The notes under the pieces were generated by a model. That model searched no databases. It saw only the letters and a list, made by a program, of their open reading frames with translations, and was not told the DNA's origin. Shown here piece by piece: positions 18,958 through 27,975 of a DNA stretch of 64,000 bases. How positions within the stretch are numbered: the stretch's first letter is position 1; every line of letters begins with the position of its first letter. The DNA is from Candidatus Scatovivens faecipullorum. GTDB lineage: Bacteria; Bacillota; Clostridia; TANB77; CAG-508. The stretch is taken from contig DVLG01000044.1 of the NCBI GenBank assembly GCA_018715625.1, positions 5,456-69,455 of the forward strand, written 5' to 3'. The translations under genes were made by a program, and so were the position numbers.

Positions 18958-20475
18958 TTATGCTTCTTTCTTTTTTAAAAATTTACTCTTTAATTTGTTT
19001 AAAAAATTGTATACATAGGTATCTTTTAAAGTTATTAACATTACTATATAAGTTATTGCACCGAAAAAAACTTGAACTACAATTGAAATACAATTATAAA
19101 TATATAATTTATCCATTTCTAATCTTGAAGCAAAATTTTCTAAAGCAATAGAAATTATATTAATCTCTAAAATAGTTCTTATACCAAAACATACAGCAAA
19201 CATTACTAAAGCTGAAATCAAATATTTCCAAGCTATTTTAATTAATTCTTTTATTGAAATTTCATTTTTTACATGTCTATATTGAAGAGTGTCTACTACT
19301 ACTTGTGAAAGTACTGTTGCAATAGCAGCACCTATTGATTTCCAAAGTGATATAAAAATATAATTTAATATAAAATTAACTATTACTCCTATTGTAACTG
19401 AAAATGTATATTCTTTTTGTCTTTTTGTAGGCAATAGGTATTGTGTTCCCAAAACATTTGCAATCCCCATTAATAATACCATCGGACTTAACACATATAT
19501 AATATAATTTACTTTGTCATAACCATCTCCGAAAAATACTGGTACAAATTCTTTAGAAATACTTACAATTCCAAGCATAATTGGAAAAGACAAGAAGAAT
19601 GTAAAATTAAAAGACATTTTCATATAAGAATTAATTTGTCTCTTATCATTATTAGCAAAAGCATTTGCCATTCTTGGTATCATAACTATTCCTAAAGAAT
19701 TTACTATTGTAAGCAATAATCTAATAACTTTATGTGCTTGTTCATAAAAACCTGTTTCAGATTTATCTTCTACAAGCCAACCAATCATAGTAGTATCTAA
19801 AATATTATAAATTTGATTTGCAATTTGTGGAATAAATAATAAAAATATATGAGGTATGTGTCTTTTTATATTTATTCCATTTATTTTTATTCCTTTAATA
19901 TATTTAGGTAAATATATCCATAAAGATAAGTTTCCTATTAAGTCTGCAAGTGAATATATTAATGTAAATTTTGCCAAATCTTCTTTATTTTTTACTAAAA
20001 TAAAAACCAAACTTACACTACAAATTCTTACTAAAACATTTCTTGTAACCGTTTTTTTAAATTCTTCTATTCCTTGAAAAAACCAGCTGATATCAAAAGC
20101 TGCAGCAATTAATTCTAATATTAAAATCTGATAATATATTTGATACTCTTTTCCATTTACAAAAATAAAATAATATACAATTGTTGCAATTAATATAGTT
20201 ATCGCTCTAAATATAACGATTTCTACAAAAATTTGTTTTCTTTTTTCAGGATTTTCCTGTGCATAAGCAATTTCTCTTTGCCCATATAAAGCAACTCCTA
20301 AAGAACCAAATAAAATAAAATATGTAACTATTGCATACGTATAACTATATATACCTATACCTTCAGCTCCTAAAACTCTAGATAAATAAGGAGTTGTTAC
20401 TAATGGTAATATAAGTATTAGGACTTGATATACCATATTATATATATAATTTCTTGTAATACTTTTCTTTGCCAT
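18958..20475 (-). CDS. polysaccharide/oligosaccharide flippase (MOP/Wzx family)
   Basis: 505 aa with about 12-14 TM segments. The N-terminus NMVYQVLILILPLVTTPYLSRVLGAEGIGIYS is typical of the family. Confidence 0.75.
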   Translation of the reverse strand: MAKKSITRNYIYNMVYQVLILILPLVTTPYLSRVLGAEGIGIYSYTYAIVTYFILFGSLGVALYGQREIAYAQENPEKRKQIFVEIVIFRAITILIATIVYYFIFVNGKEYQIYYQILILELIAAAFDISWFFQGIEEFKKTVTRNVLVRICSVSLVFILVKNKEDLAKFTLIYSLADLIGNLSLWIYLPKYIKGIKINGINIKRHIPHIFLLFIPQIANQIYNILDTTMIGWLVEDKSETGFYEQAHKVIRLLLTIVNSLGIVMIPRMANAFANNDKRQINSYMKMSFNFTFFLSFPIMLGIVSISKEFVPVFFGDGYDKVNYIIYVLSPMVLLMGIANVLGTQYLLPTKRQKEYTFSVTIGVIVNFILNYIFISLWKSIGAAIATVLSQVVVDTLQYRHVKNEISIKELIKIAWKYLISALVMFAVCFGIRTILEINIISIALENFASRLEMDKLYIYNCISIVVQVFFGAITYIVMLITLKDTYVYNFLNKLKSKFLKKKEA

Positions 20476-20641
20476 TAAAATTTTAGCTATGCCCTTTCTT
20501 ATGTATTTAGATTTTTATGGTATCTATAACCCTTTTTGATTTATCTTATATATATTATCACTATAATTCTATTTTTACAAGTCAAATTATTTGTGTTTTT
20601 TCAAGCGCTAAACATTAACTATAATCTATATTGCTCATAAA

Positions 20642-21145
20642 CTATTCTATATTAGCTAGCCACTTATTAAGTTGTTTTCTACTTTTAAATATTAATAATT
20701 TTTTCTTATTTATATTTTTTAAATTATCTATAATATATCTTCTCTTATTTTTATTATAATTAAAAACATAAAGCAAAAATTCTTTATCTAATTTTTCTTT
20801 ACAACCTGGAATTTCTGGTTTCTCTTTTCCTTTATTTTTTAAATATCTTGTAATTACTCCTTTTACCTGAGCAAAAGTAGAAAAATCTAACCAAATTATT
20901 AAATCAGCTCTTTCTAATCTTTCTCTTAAAGTTGATTTATATGTACCATCTATAATCCATTTTTCTTTTTTTACAATATTTAAAATTATTTCATCTCTTT
21001 CTTTTTTATCTCTTTGTACCCAGTTTTTAAGATGATGTATTCCATCTATATATGTTGCTTCTATGTTATATATCTTTGATAACTTATTCGCTAAAGTTGT
21101 TTTCCCTGTACCTGGTGCTCCAATAATTGCTATTTTATTATACAT
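20642..21145 (-). CDS. adenylate-kinase-like P-loop protein (topology modulation FlaR-like)
   Basis: 167 aa. IAIIGAPGTGKTTLANKL...WIIDGTY...ADLIIWLD. Confidence 0.6.
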   Translation of the reverse strand: MYNKIAIIGAPGTGKTTLANKLSKIYNIEATYIDGIHHLKNWVQRDKKERDEIILNIVKKEKWIIDGTYKSTLRERLERADLIIWLDFSTFAQVKGVITRYLKNKGKEKPEIPGCKEKLDKEFLLYVFNYNKNKRRYIIDNLKNINKKKLLIFKSRKQLNKWLANIE

Positions 21146-21321
21146 TTTTATTTCCCCTCTAATTTAACTAACTTGCAGTAATTGCAATAAATAATTTTAT
21201 TTAGTGTATTACCATTTAAATATATTAATATATTTAAACCGAATTATTTAATAATATTAATATTATCATTAACACAAAGTTATTACAAGACAGCCTTCCA
21301 TAAACTATAAATTTTTTTAGT

Positions 21322-21351
21322 ATAAAAAATAAAGGACAAAATTATTTGTCC
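21322..21351 (-). terminator. terminator overlapping the stop codon of the 246-aa membrane protein gene
   Basis: Minus-strand hairpin GGACAAA-TAAT-TTTGTCC followed by TTTATTTTTT. Confidence 0.6.
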
Positions 21352-22082
21352 CCAAATTTGTAATAGTGATTTTTGATATCACTTAATACTGTTGCTAAAG
21401 GAATAATTTCATTTTTATCATTTACTACAAGTATATTAGGATATGTCATCATCATTTTTTCATCCGAAAATACTTCTGCAAAATAAAGATCACTAACTTC
21501 ATTTCTATCAATTCCATTAATATTTATATCATATTCATTTGCAACTCTTACTAAAAAAACATCTAAAGCATAACAAGTAATTAATCCATCTATCGTCATA
21601 AATAATGTGATTGCTGAAATTGCTAATTTTAGTAAAAAATTTGATACTCTTTCTATTACAAAATCTATTGCTTTATCTAGTCTAGGATTAAAATATCTTA
21701 TTAAAATGATTGACAGAATCCCCCACAAAATAGCATAATAAAGACAAGTTCTTCCATTTATATTTAAAAAGTCATTTGAATAATCCCACCATTTTACGTG
21801 AAACATTATTTCTCCAATATAACTAGATAAATATTCTACTAAGCATCCTACAAAAATACCATAAAAAAACAATTTTTTAGTATTATCTTTATATTTAGTT
21901 AAAGTGATTATCATAACGATAGCTGCTATTCCATAAACTATGCAAAAAGGTCCATATAAAAAACTCTGTCTACTCTCTAACATTCCTTTTGTAAATATTC
22001 CATATACTGTTTCTAAAATAAAACCTATTATACTGTAGATAATAAAATAAATTAAAAATTTCCAAATAATATTCTTCTTCAT
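21342..22082 (-). CDS. multi-TM membrane protein (putative ABC-transporter type IV / CmpB-like family)
   Basis: 246 aa. N-terminus FLIYFIIYSIIGFILETVYG...FLYGPFCIVYG resembles that family. Confidence 0.5.
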   Translation of the reverse strand: MKKNIIWKFLIYFIIYSIIGFILETVYGIFTKGMLESRQSFLYGPFCIVYGIAAIVMIITLTKYKDNTKKLFFYGIFVGCLVEYLSSYIGEIMFHVKWWDYSNDFLNINGRTCLYYAILWGILSIILIRYFNPRLDKAIDFVIERVSNFLLKLAISAITLFMTIDGLITCYALDVFLVRVANEYDININGIDRNEVSDLYFAEVFSDEKMMMTYPNILVVNDKNEIIPLATVLSDIKNHYYKFGDK

Positions 22083-22214
22083 AAGCCTTATTATTGGTAA
22101 ATTTTTGAAATTTATACATTCTTATAGAAATTTTTATAAAAATTTTAGTAATCACTAAATTATATGAAGGTACTATAAATTTTCATATAATATTCACTAA
22201 GAATTATAATATTA

Positions 22215-22251
22215 CAAAAAAGAGGATATTCTAAAACTTGAAATATCCTCT
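22215..22251 (-). terminator. terminator after the histidine kinase gene
   Basis: Minus-strand hairpin AGAGGATATT-N11-AATATCCTCT followed by TTTTTT. Confidence 0.75.
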
Positions 22252-22304
22252 TCTCAATTTTGGAATTAGCAAACATTAATTTTTTATACTATATTCTACT
22301 AGAA

Positions 22305-24569
22305 TTAATATGTTATATCAAATTCTAGTTCAATTTTAAATAAATCTCCGTCTACTTGCAATTCAAATTTTCCATTTTGAATTTCTGTTAAACTCTTTGA
22401 AATTGAAATTCCTAGTCCGCTTCCTTCTGTAGTTCTAGATTTATCTCCTCTAACAAATCTTTGCATTAATTCTTCTGCACTAATATTTAATTTCTCTTTT
22501 GATATATTTTTAATATAAATTTTTACTTTATTACCTTTAGCTTTTACATCAATATATACTCTAGAATTTTCTAATGCATATTTTGATATATTACTAAATA
22601 GATTTTCTATAATTCTATACATATATCTATTATCTGCATTTATATAAATCATTTCTTCTGGAAAGCTTGTAATAATATCTAAGTTCTTTTCTTTGAATTT
22701 ATCTTCAAATTCTCCTGTAGTCTGTTTTACAAGTTCAGAAATATTTATTTTTTCTATATTTAATTTTACATTTCCTGAAGAGGCCTTTGAAGCTTCTACT
22801 AAATCTTCTGTTAATTTCTTTAATCTCTGTGATTTTTTATCTAGAACCTCAATATATTCTTTTGCTTTTTCGCTTTGAATATCCTCTTCTTTTAATAAAT
22901 CTACATAATTTATTATTGAAGTTAGAGGTGTTTTAATATCATGTGAAACATTAGTTATAAGTTCAGTTTTTAATCTCTCACTTTTAATTCCTTCTTGAAT
23001 TGCATTTTCAAAACCACTTGATACATCATTTATATATTTTACAATATCTTGAAATTCTGGAGTAAATTCTTGATAATTTAATTTTTTAGAATGATCACCA
23101 TTATACATTTCTTTTAGATGTTGTTCTATCTTTTCATAACAAGATATTTTTTCATTAAATTTAAAAATCAAATATATACCAATTCCTATTGCAATTATAA
23201 ATCCCAAACCACTTAACATAGCAATTAATAACAGTGTTAGAAAAACATATCCTACTAATATTATAAGTAGTTTTGCTGTTTTATTCCAAGATTTTGTTGT
23301 TTCTCTATATTTTGTCTTTACTTTATTACAAAAACTTTTAATAGAATTTATACACCATCTCCAGCATTTTTTTATAACTTTTATACACCAAACACAAAAC
23401 CTTCCTGTTAAACTTGTTTTCCAAAAACATTTTGCTTTTAATCTTTTTATAGTTGTAACAAATGATGCCATAAGAGTTATATATGTAATAAAATATGCAG
23501 CTATTGATATACTTAAAAATGAGTTTAAAGAAACATCATAAAAGTTTTCTAAATATGCTACTGGTAAACAAACAAATATACCAAATAATGTTAAATAGAT
23601 AAGATATACTATTTCAATAGGTGCTTTATCAATATCATTCAAGTCTATTCCATTTTTATCTTTTGAGTGTCCTACTGCAATAACTATATATAATAGTAAT
23701 ACAATAGTTACTACAGAAGAAATTGGTAAAGCATATATTATTATATTTTCATAAGGAACAAGTATCCTAATAATTTCTTCTAACATTTCTTGACCTTGAT
23801 ATTTAGCTACAATCATTTCTTCTTTATAGGTACTATATATTTGAAAATCATTTATAATTGTTTCATGATATTCTTTTACCTTTGTTTCTGGTTCTATTAC
23901 TTCAATCTCAGTAGCTGTTTCACTTTTCAAAGAAGTTGTATTATTTTGATATGTAAGCACACCATTATCATCATAAACACCAAGTACCTCATTTTCTTCT
24001 GAATTTTGAGCATTTTCTACAACTATATCGTTTGAATTATCATTTTGAATTATAGTATAATATTTAAAATTAAAATTATTAAAATATTGTAAAGCTTTAT
24101 TTGAAATTAATTTTGAATCTGCAGTTACATTTCCATTTATAATATTTGCTTTCTTACCATCTCTTGAGTCTATGTAATGTTTAATTTCATTAAAAGTATT
24201 TGTTTCTTCTGTTAATTCAACATTTGTTAATATTAAATTTTGATATTGAATTAAAAAATAAAAATCTTTTATATAACCTCTACCAGAATAATTTTCTGCA
24301 AAATGTTCATAAGTATAATAAATTCTTTTATCTCCATCTTGAATTTTACTAAAGTTATCATTGTTATAAATTAAATTTGAAGCAGAATATGATATAACTC
24401 CCATATATATATCCAAAAAATCGTCCGTTTCAAAATAATCTGCAGAATACGTTACTGGTTCTTCTATAGTATCTTTGCACATCTCATAAAACAAAGATAC
24501 TATTACAATTAGCAAAAATACTGGTATTAAACAATAACTAATACCTTTTAAAACTTTACTTTTTCTCAT
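22305..24569 (-). CDS. sensor histidine kinase with a large extracytoplasmic N-terminal domain and multiple TM segments
   Basis: 754 aa. H-box SHDIKTPLTSI, N-box ENLFSNISKYA, G-box GSGLGISISK. Confidence 0.9.
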   Translation of the reverse strand: MRKSKVLKGISYCLIPVFLLIVIVSLFYEMCKDTIEEPVTYSADYFETDDFLDIYMGVISYSASNLIYNNDNFSKIQDGDKRIYYTYEHFAENYSGRGYIKDFYFLIQYQNLILTNVELTEETNTFNEIKHYIDSRDGKKANIINGNVTADSKLISNKALQYFNNFNFKYYTIIQNDNSNDIVVENAQNSEENEVLGVYDDNGVLTYQNNTTSLKSETATEIEVIEPETKVKEYHETIINDFQIYSTYKEEMIVAKYQGQEMLEEIIRILVPYENIIIYALPISSVVTIVLLLYIVIAVGHSKDKNGIDLNDIDKAPIEIVYLIYLTLFGIFVCLPVAYLENFYDVSLNSFLSISIAAYFITYITLMASFVTTIKRLKAKCFWKTSLTGRFCVWCIKVIKKCWRWCINSIKSFCNKVKTKYRETTKSWNKTAKLLIILVGYVFLTLLLIAMLSGLGFIIAIGIGIYLIFKFNEKISCYEKIEQHLKEMYNGDHSKKLNYQEFTPEFQDIVKYINDVSSGFENAIQEGIKSERLKTELITNVSHDIKTPLTSIINYVDLLKEEDIQSEKAKEYIEVLDKKSQRLKKLTEDLVEASKASSGNVKLNIEKINISELVKQTTGEFEDKFKEKNLDIITSFPEEMIYINADNRYMYRIIENLFSNISKYALENSRVYIDVKAKGNKVKIYIKNISKEKLNISAEELMQRFVRGDKSRTTEGSGLGISISKSLTEIQNGKFELQVDGDLFKIELEFDITY

Positions 24570-24582
24570 ACTATCCCTTCCT

Positions 24583-25281
24583 TTAATTTATTTTTTCTAT
24601 TTTATATCCTATTCCCCAAATTACTTTTAAATATTTAGGTTCTTTAGGATTAATCTCTATTTTTTCTCTTATATGTCTTATATGTACCGCTATTATATTT
24701 TCAGCCGCATAAGCCTCATCATCCCACACATTTTCATAAATCTGTTCAATAGAATACACAATTCCCTTATTTTTAAGTAAAAATTTTAAAATATTATATT
24801 CTGTAGGTGTTAGCTTTACTTCTTTTCCATCTACAGTTACCTTTTTTAAATCATCATCAATTATTAAATCACCTGACTTATATATATTTTTTCCTTCTTT
24901 TTCATCTGCCGAACCTAATTTAGTATATCTTCTTATGCCTGAATTAACTCTTGCAATTAATTCTAAAGGATTAAAAGGTTTAGTTACATAATCATCTGCT
25001 CCCAAATTTAAACCATTTATTTTATCTTCATCTTCTGATTTTGCTGAAAGCATAATTACTGGTATAGAACTATTTTTTCTAATTTCATTCAAAGTTTCTA
25101 TACCATCTTTTTTTGGCATCATAATATCCAAAATAACTAAATGAATTGTATTATTATTAATAACTTTTAAACATTCATTTCCATCATAAGCTTTCAAAAC
25201 ATTATAGCCTTCTTTACTTAAATAAATTTCTATTGCTTTTACTATTTCTTTGTCATCATCACATACTAAAATATTATACAT
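24583..25281 (-). CDS. OmpR-family response regulator
   Basis: MYNILVCDDD...LVILDIMMPKKDG...KPF plus a winged-helix C-terminus (VIWGIGYKI). ATG 25281 is preferred over the track start at 25299. Confidence 0.9.
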   Translation of the reverse strand: MYNILVCDDDKEIVKAIEIYLSKEGYNVLKAYDGNECLKVINNNTIHLVILDIMMPKKDGIETLNEIRKNSSIPVIMLSAKSEDEDKINGLNLGADDYVTKPFNPLELIARVNSGIRRYTKLGSADEKEGKNIYKSGDLIIDDDLKKVTVDGKEVKLTPTEYNILKFLLKNKGIVYSIEQIYENVWDDEAYAAENIIAVHIRHIREKIEINPKEPKYLKVIWGIGYKIEKIN

Positions 25282-25454
25282 TTTAAATCCCCTATTCAAT
25301 TTTTATTTCTTGTTTTATTATAAAAATTTATATGTCAGTAGTCAAGTTTTTAAGTTATTTTAATTATAGCAAAAGATTATTAAGAAAAAATAGAGAAATT
25401 ATTAAGAAATTATTAATTCTATTTATAAAGAACAAAGCTTGATATTTAAATTTT

Positions 25455-25490
25455 GCATATATAAAAAGGAAAGTTATAAAACTTTCCTTT
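25455..25490 (-). terminator. terminator after the 280-aa membrane protein gene
   Basis: Minus-strand hairpin AAAGGAAAGT-TTTATA-ACTTTCCTTT followed by a T-rich run. Confidence 0.65.
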
Positions 25491-25495
25491 TTACT

Positions 25496-26338
25496 TTAAT
25501 TTTTTTCTTTCTTTACATTTTTTGCATGTTCTTTTGCAGCTTTAATTTCTTCTTTTGTTAATTTTTTCTTCCAAAATTTTCTTGCTTCTATTTCTTTCTT
25601 TTTTGCTTTTCGTTTTATTTCAATATTTTTGAATATTACTACGCCAATTATTATTAATATAATCCAAATTATTATATAAGCTAAATCAGTAGCTCTTTCA
25701 ATCTCTCCATAATCTTCATTATTATAAAAAGTATGTATTAAATTATATTCAGTAATATATGGTTTATCTGGATTTACTTTAAATTCTGCCGGAGCTAAAT
25801 GTATATAACTTATAGAACCATATTCATCAATCATGAACTTTATATTTGAGGCATCATAATTTGTTAAATAATCTTTCATAATTAATTTAAATTCATTATT
25901 ATAGTTTAAATTAATTTTTATCTGTATATATTTTACTCCCTCATACTCCATATAATCAATAATTTCAGATTTTCCTATACAAAAACAATAGTGTCTTATT
26001 TCTATTTCATTATCTTCACATTCAAAACCTTGTTCTATAAGATATTCTAGGTATCCAATATAGTCATTTTTATTTAAAAAATCTTGAATTTTTTGAGCTT
26101 TTTCTTTTTCAACTAAGTATACATTTTCTATATTATTATCAATAAACTTTTGCATGTTATATCTTACTAAATCTTCTGGTAATAACATATATACTTCCGA
26201 ACCTCTAGTTAAATTCTTTATAACTAAATTAATGTCTTTTTCTGGTACATCTATACCATAAGAAATACTGAAACTAAAGTTAATAAAAATAATTATTAAT
26301 ATACATATAAGTAAAAACTTATTTTTTATCATTTGCAA
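25496..26338 (-). CDS. hypothetical exported/membrane protein (signal-anchor N-terminus, C-terminal TM, Lys-rich tail)
   Basis: 280 aa with no recognisable motif. It has its own terminator upstream of the two-component system. Confidence 0.5.
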   Translation of the reverse strand: MQMIKNKFLLICILIIIFINFSFSISYGIDVPEKDINLVIKNLTRGSEVYMLLPEDLVRYNMQKFIDNNIENVYLVEKEKAQKIQDFLNKNDYIGYLEYLIEQGFECEDNEIEIRHYCFCIGKSEIIDYMEYEGVKYIQIKINLNYNNEFKLIMKDYLTNYDASNIKFMIDEYGSISYIHLAPAEFKVNPDKPYITEYNLIHTFYNNEDYGEIERATDLAYIIIWIILIIIGVVIFKNIEIKRKAKKKEIEARKFWKKKLTKEEIKAAKEHAKNVKKEKN

Positions 26339-26530
26339 CTCCTAATTAATACTTTTATTATATAACTATTCTAATTCATTTAAAGATTAGTTACAATAAC
26401 AAAAGTATTACTTTTAAATTAACAAAATCTTACATATTATATTTTGAGTAGATATTTAAATACGATAGAACAAATCTAACTTACTTGAAAATATTTTATA
26501 TATTTTTTATATTATTAAAAATACAATTTC

Positions 26531-26583
26531 ATATAATAAAAAACACCTTTATTTAGGTATAATTAATCCTAATTTGGTGTTTT
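26531..26583 (-). terminator. terminator after nrnA (end of the nusA-infB operon)
   Basis: Minus strand: AAAACACC...TTAGG-loop-CCTAA...GGTGTTTT followed by TTATTAT. Confidence 0.6.
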
Positions 26584-26626
26584 AATTATAAAATTAAATA
26601 ATTTTTAGTCATTTTAATTAAATTTA

Positions 26627-27583
26627 CTATTTTAAGTGTTTTTTTACTTCTGAAATAATTGCACTTTTAGCTTCATCAAAAGACATATTCATTGTAGCTC
26701 CTGCAGCTTTAATATGTCCTCCACCTCCGAAAGTTAAACAAACTTCTGAAACATTTACATATTCATTAGAACGAAGTGAAGCTTTATATCCTTTTTCTTT
26801 TTCGTATAAAAAAATTGATACTTCAACTCCTTCTATACTTTTTCCTATTTCAACAATACCATCATGTTCTCCTGCTTTTACATCTAAAGCTTTATCATCA
26901 GCTTTTGTCATATATGTAAAAGAAATTTTCCCATCCTCAAAAAATTCCATTCTATTCATAGCTAATTTTTGAGCCTCAAATTTTGAACGTGACATAGTAA
27001 GCATTGATTGTTTATATATTTTAGATAAGTTCAGTCCTTTTTCCAAAGTCCAAGAAGCAAACTCAAAAGATTCTATTGTTACATTTGAATTTCTAAAGCC
27101 ATTAGTATCTGTTATTACACCAGTTAATAAACAAGTTGCAATATCTTTTGTTATTTCTATATTAAGATATTGGAAACTTGATACTAATATTTGAGCTGTT
27201 GCTGGTGAAACATGATTTACCACATTATAATCAGCAAACATATCGTTTTTATTATGATGATCTATTTGGACTGTAACTTTACTATTTTCAAATACCTCAA
27301 TAAATTCATTATTTATTCTTTTAATATTGGGACAGTCCAAAATAATAGACATATCATAATTTTCAATTTCAGCCTCATCTTTAATATACTGTCTACCTGG
27401 TAAATAAGAAAAATTTTCTGGAAAATCATCTTTCATTAAAACTACTGCATTTTTTCCCATATCTTTTAAAGCTAAACACATAGCTAAACTACTACCTATG
27501 GAGTCTCCATCTGGTGCTTCATGAGCCATTATAGCTATATTATCTGATTTTTTTATCTCTACTAATATCTCATCTAAAGTCAT
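26627..27583 (-). CDS. nrnA: DHH/DHHA1 phosphoesterase (oligoribonuclease / pAp phosphatase NrnA)
   Basis: 318 aa. MAHEAPDGDSIGS, DHHN and the GGGH motif. Sits downstream of rbfA, as in many Firmicutes. Confidence 0.85.
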   Translation of the reverse strand: MTLDEILVEIKKSDNIAIMAHEAPDGDSIGSSLAMCLALKDMGKNAVVLMKDDFPENFSYLPGRQYIKDEAEIENYDMSIILDCPNIKRINNEFIEVFENSKVTVQIDHHNKNDMFADYNVVNHVSPATAQILVSSFQYLNIEITKDIATCLLTGVITDTNGFRNSNVTIESFEFASWTLEKGLNLSKIYKQSMLTMSRSKFEAQKLAMNRMEFFEDGKISFTYMTKADDKALDVKAGEHDGIVEIGKSIEGVEVSIFLYEKEKGYKASLRSNEYVNVSEVCLTFGGGGHIKAAGATMNMSFDEAKSAIISEVKKHLK

Positions 27584-27586
27584 ATA

Positions 27587-27952
27587 TTATTCTCCTTTTT
27601 TCAAATCCTTGGTAATATCTTTTAAAATTTCATCTATTCTAGAACCATACTCTATAGACTCATCAAACTCAAATACAAGTTCTGGTGTATATCTTAAATT
27701 TATTTTTTTAGCTATTGCACTTCTTATATATCCACTAGATTGTTTCAAAATAGATAAATTTTCCTTTTTGCTTTTTTCATTTATCATTGTAACATAAACT
27801 TTTGCAAATCTAAGATCTGGTGTAGTTTTTACTTTACTAACACTTATCAATCCTGTTAGATGAGGATTTTTAAGCTCAGTAGAAATAATCGTACTAATCT
27901 CCTTTTTTATCTCCTCATCTATTTTATTCATTCTATTACTATTTGATGCCAT
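27587..27952 (-). CDS. rbfA: ribosome-binding factor A
   Basis: 121 aa. The family pattern and its position directly after infB support the call. Confidence 0.9.
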   Translation of the reverse strand: MASNSNRMNKIDEEIKKEISTIISTELKNPHLTGLISVSKVKTTPDLRFAKVYVTMINEKSKKENLSILKQSSGYIRSAIAKKINLRYTPELVFEFDESIEYGSRIDEILKDITKDLKKGE

Positions 27953-27975
27953 AATTTCTCTCCTTTTTTATGGAA

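Noticed and set aside
21215-21238. Perfect 24-bp palindrome TTTAAATATATTAATATATTTAAA upstream of the FlaR-like gene
   Set aside because: It is a pure A/T palindrome, and its chance expectation in this composition is about one per window.
21970-22155. 61-aa ORF overlapping the 5' end of the 246-aa membrane protein gene
   Set aside because: It overlaps a better-supported gene and the promoter region. There is no RBS and the composition is AT-driven.
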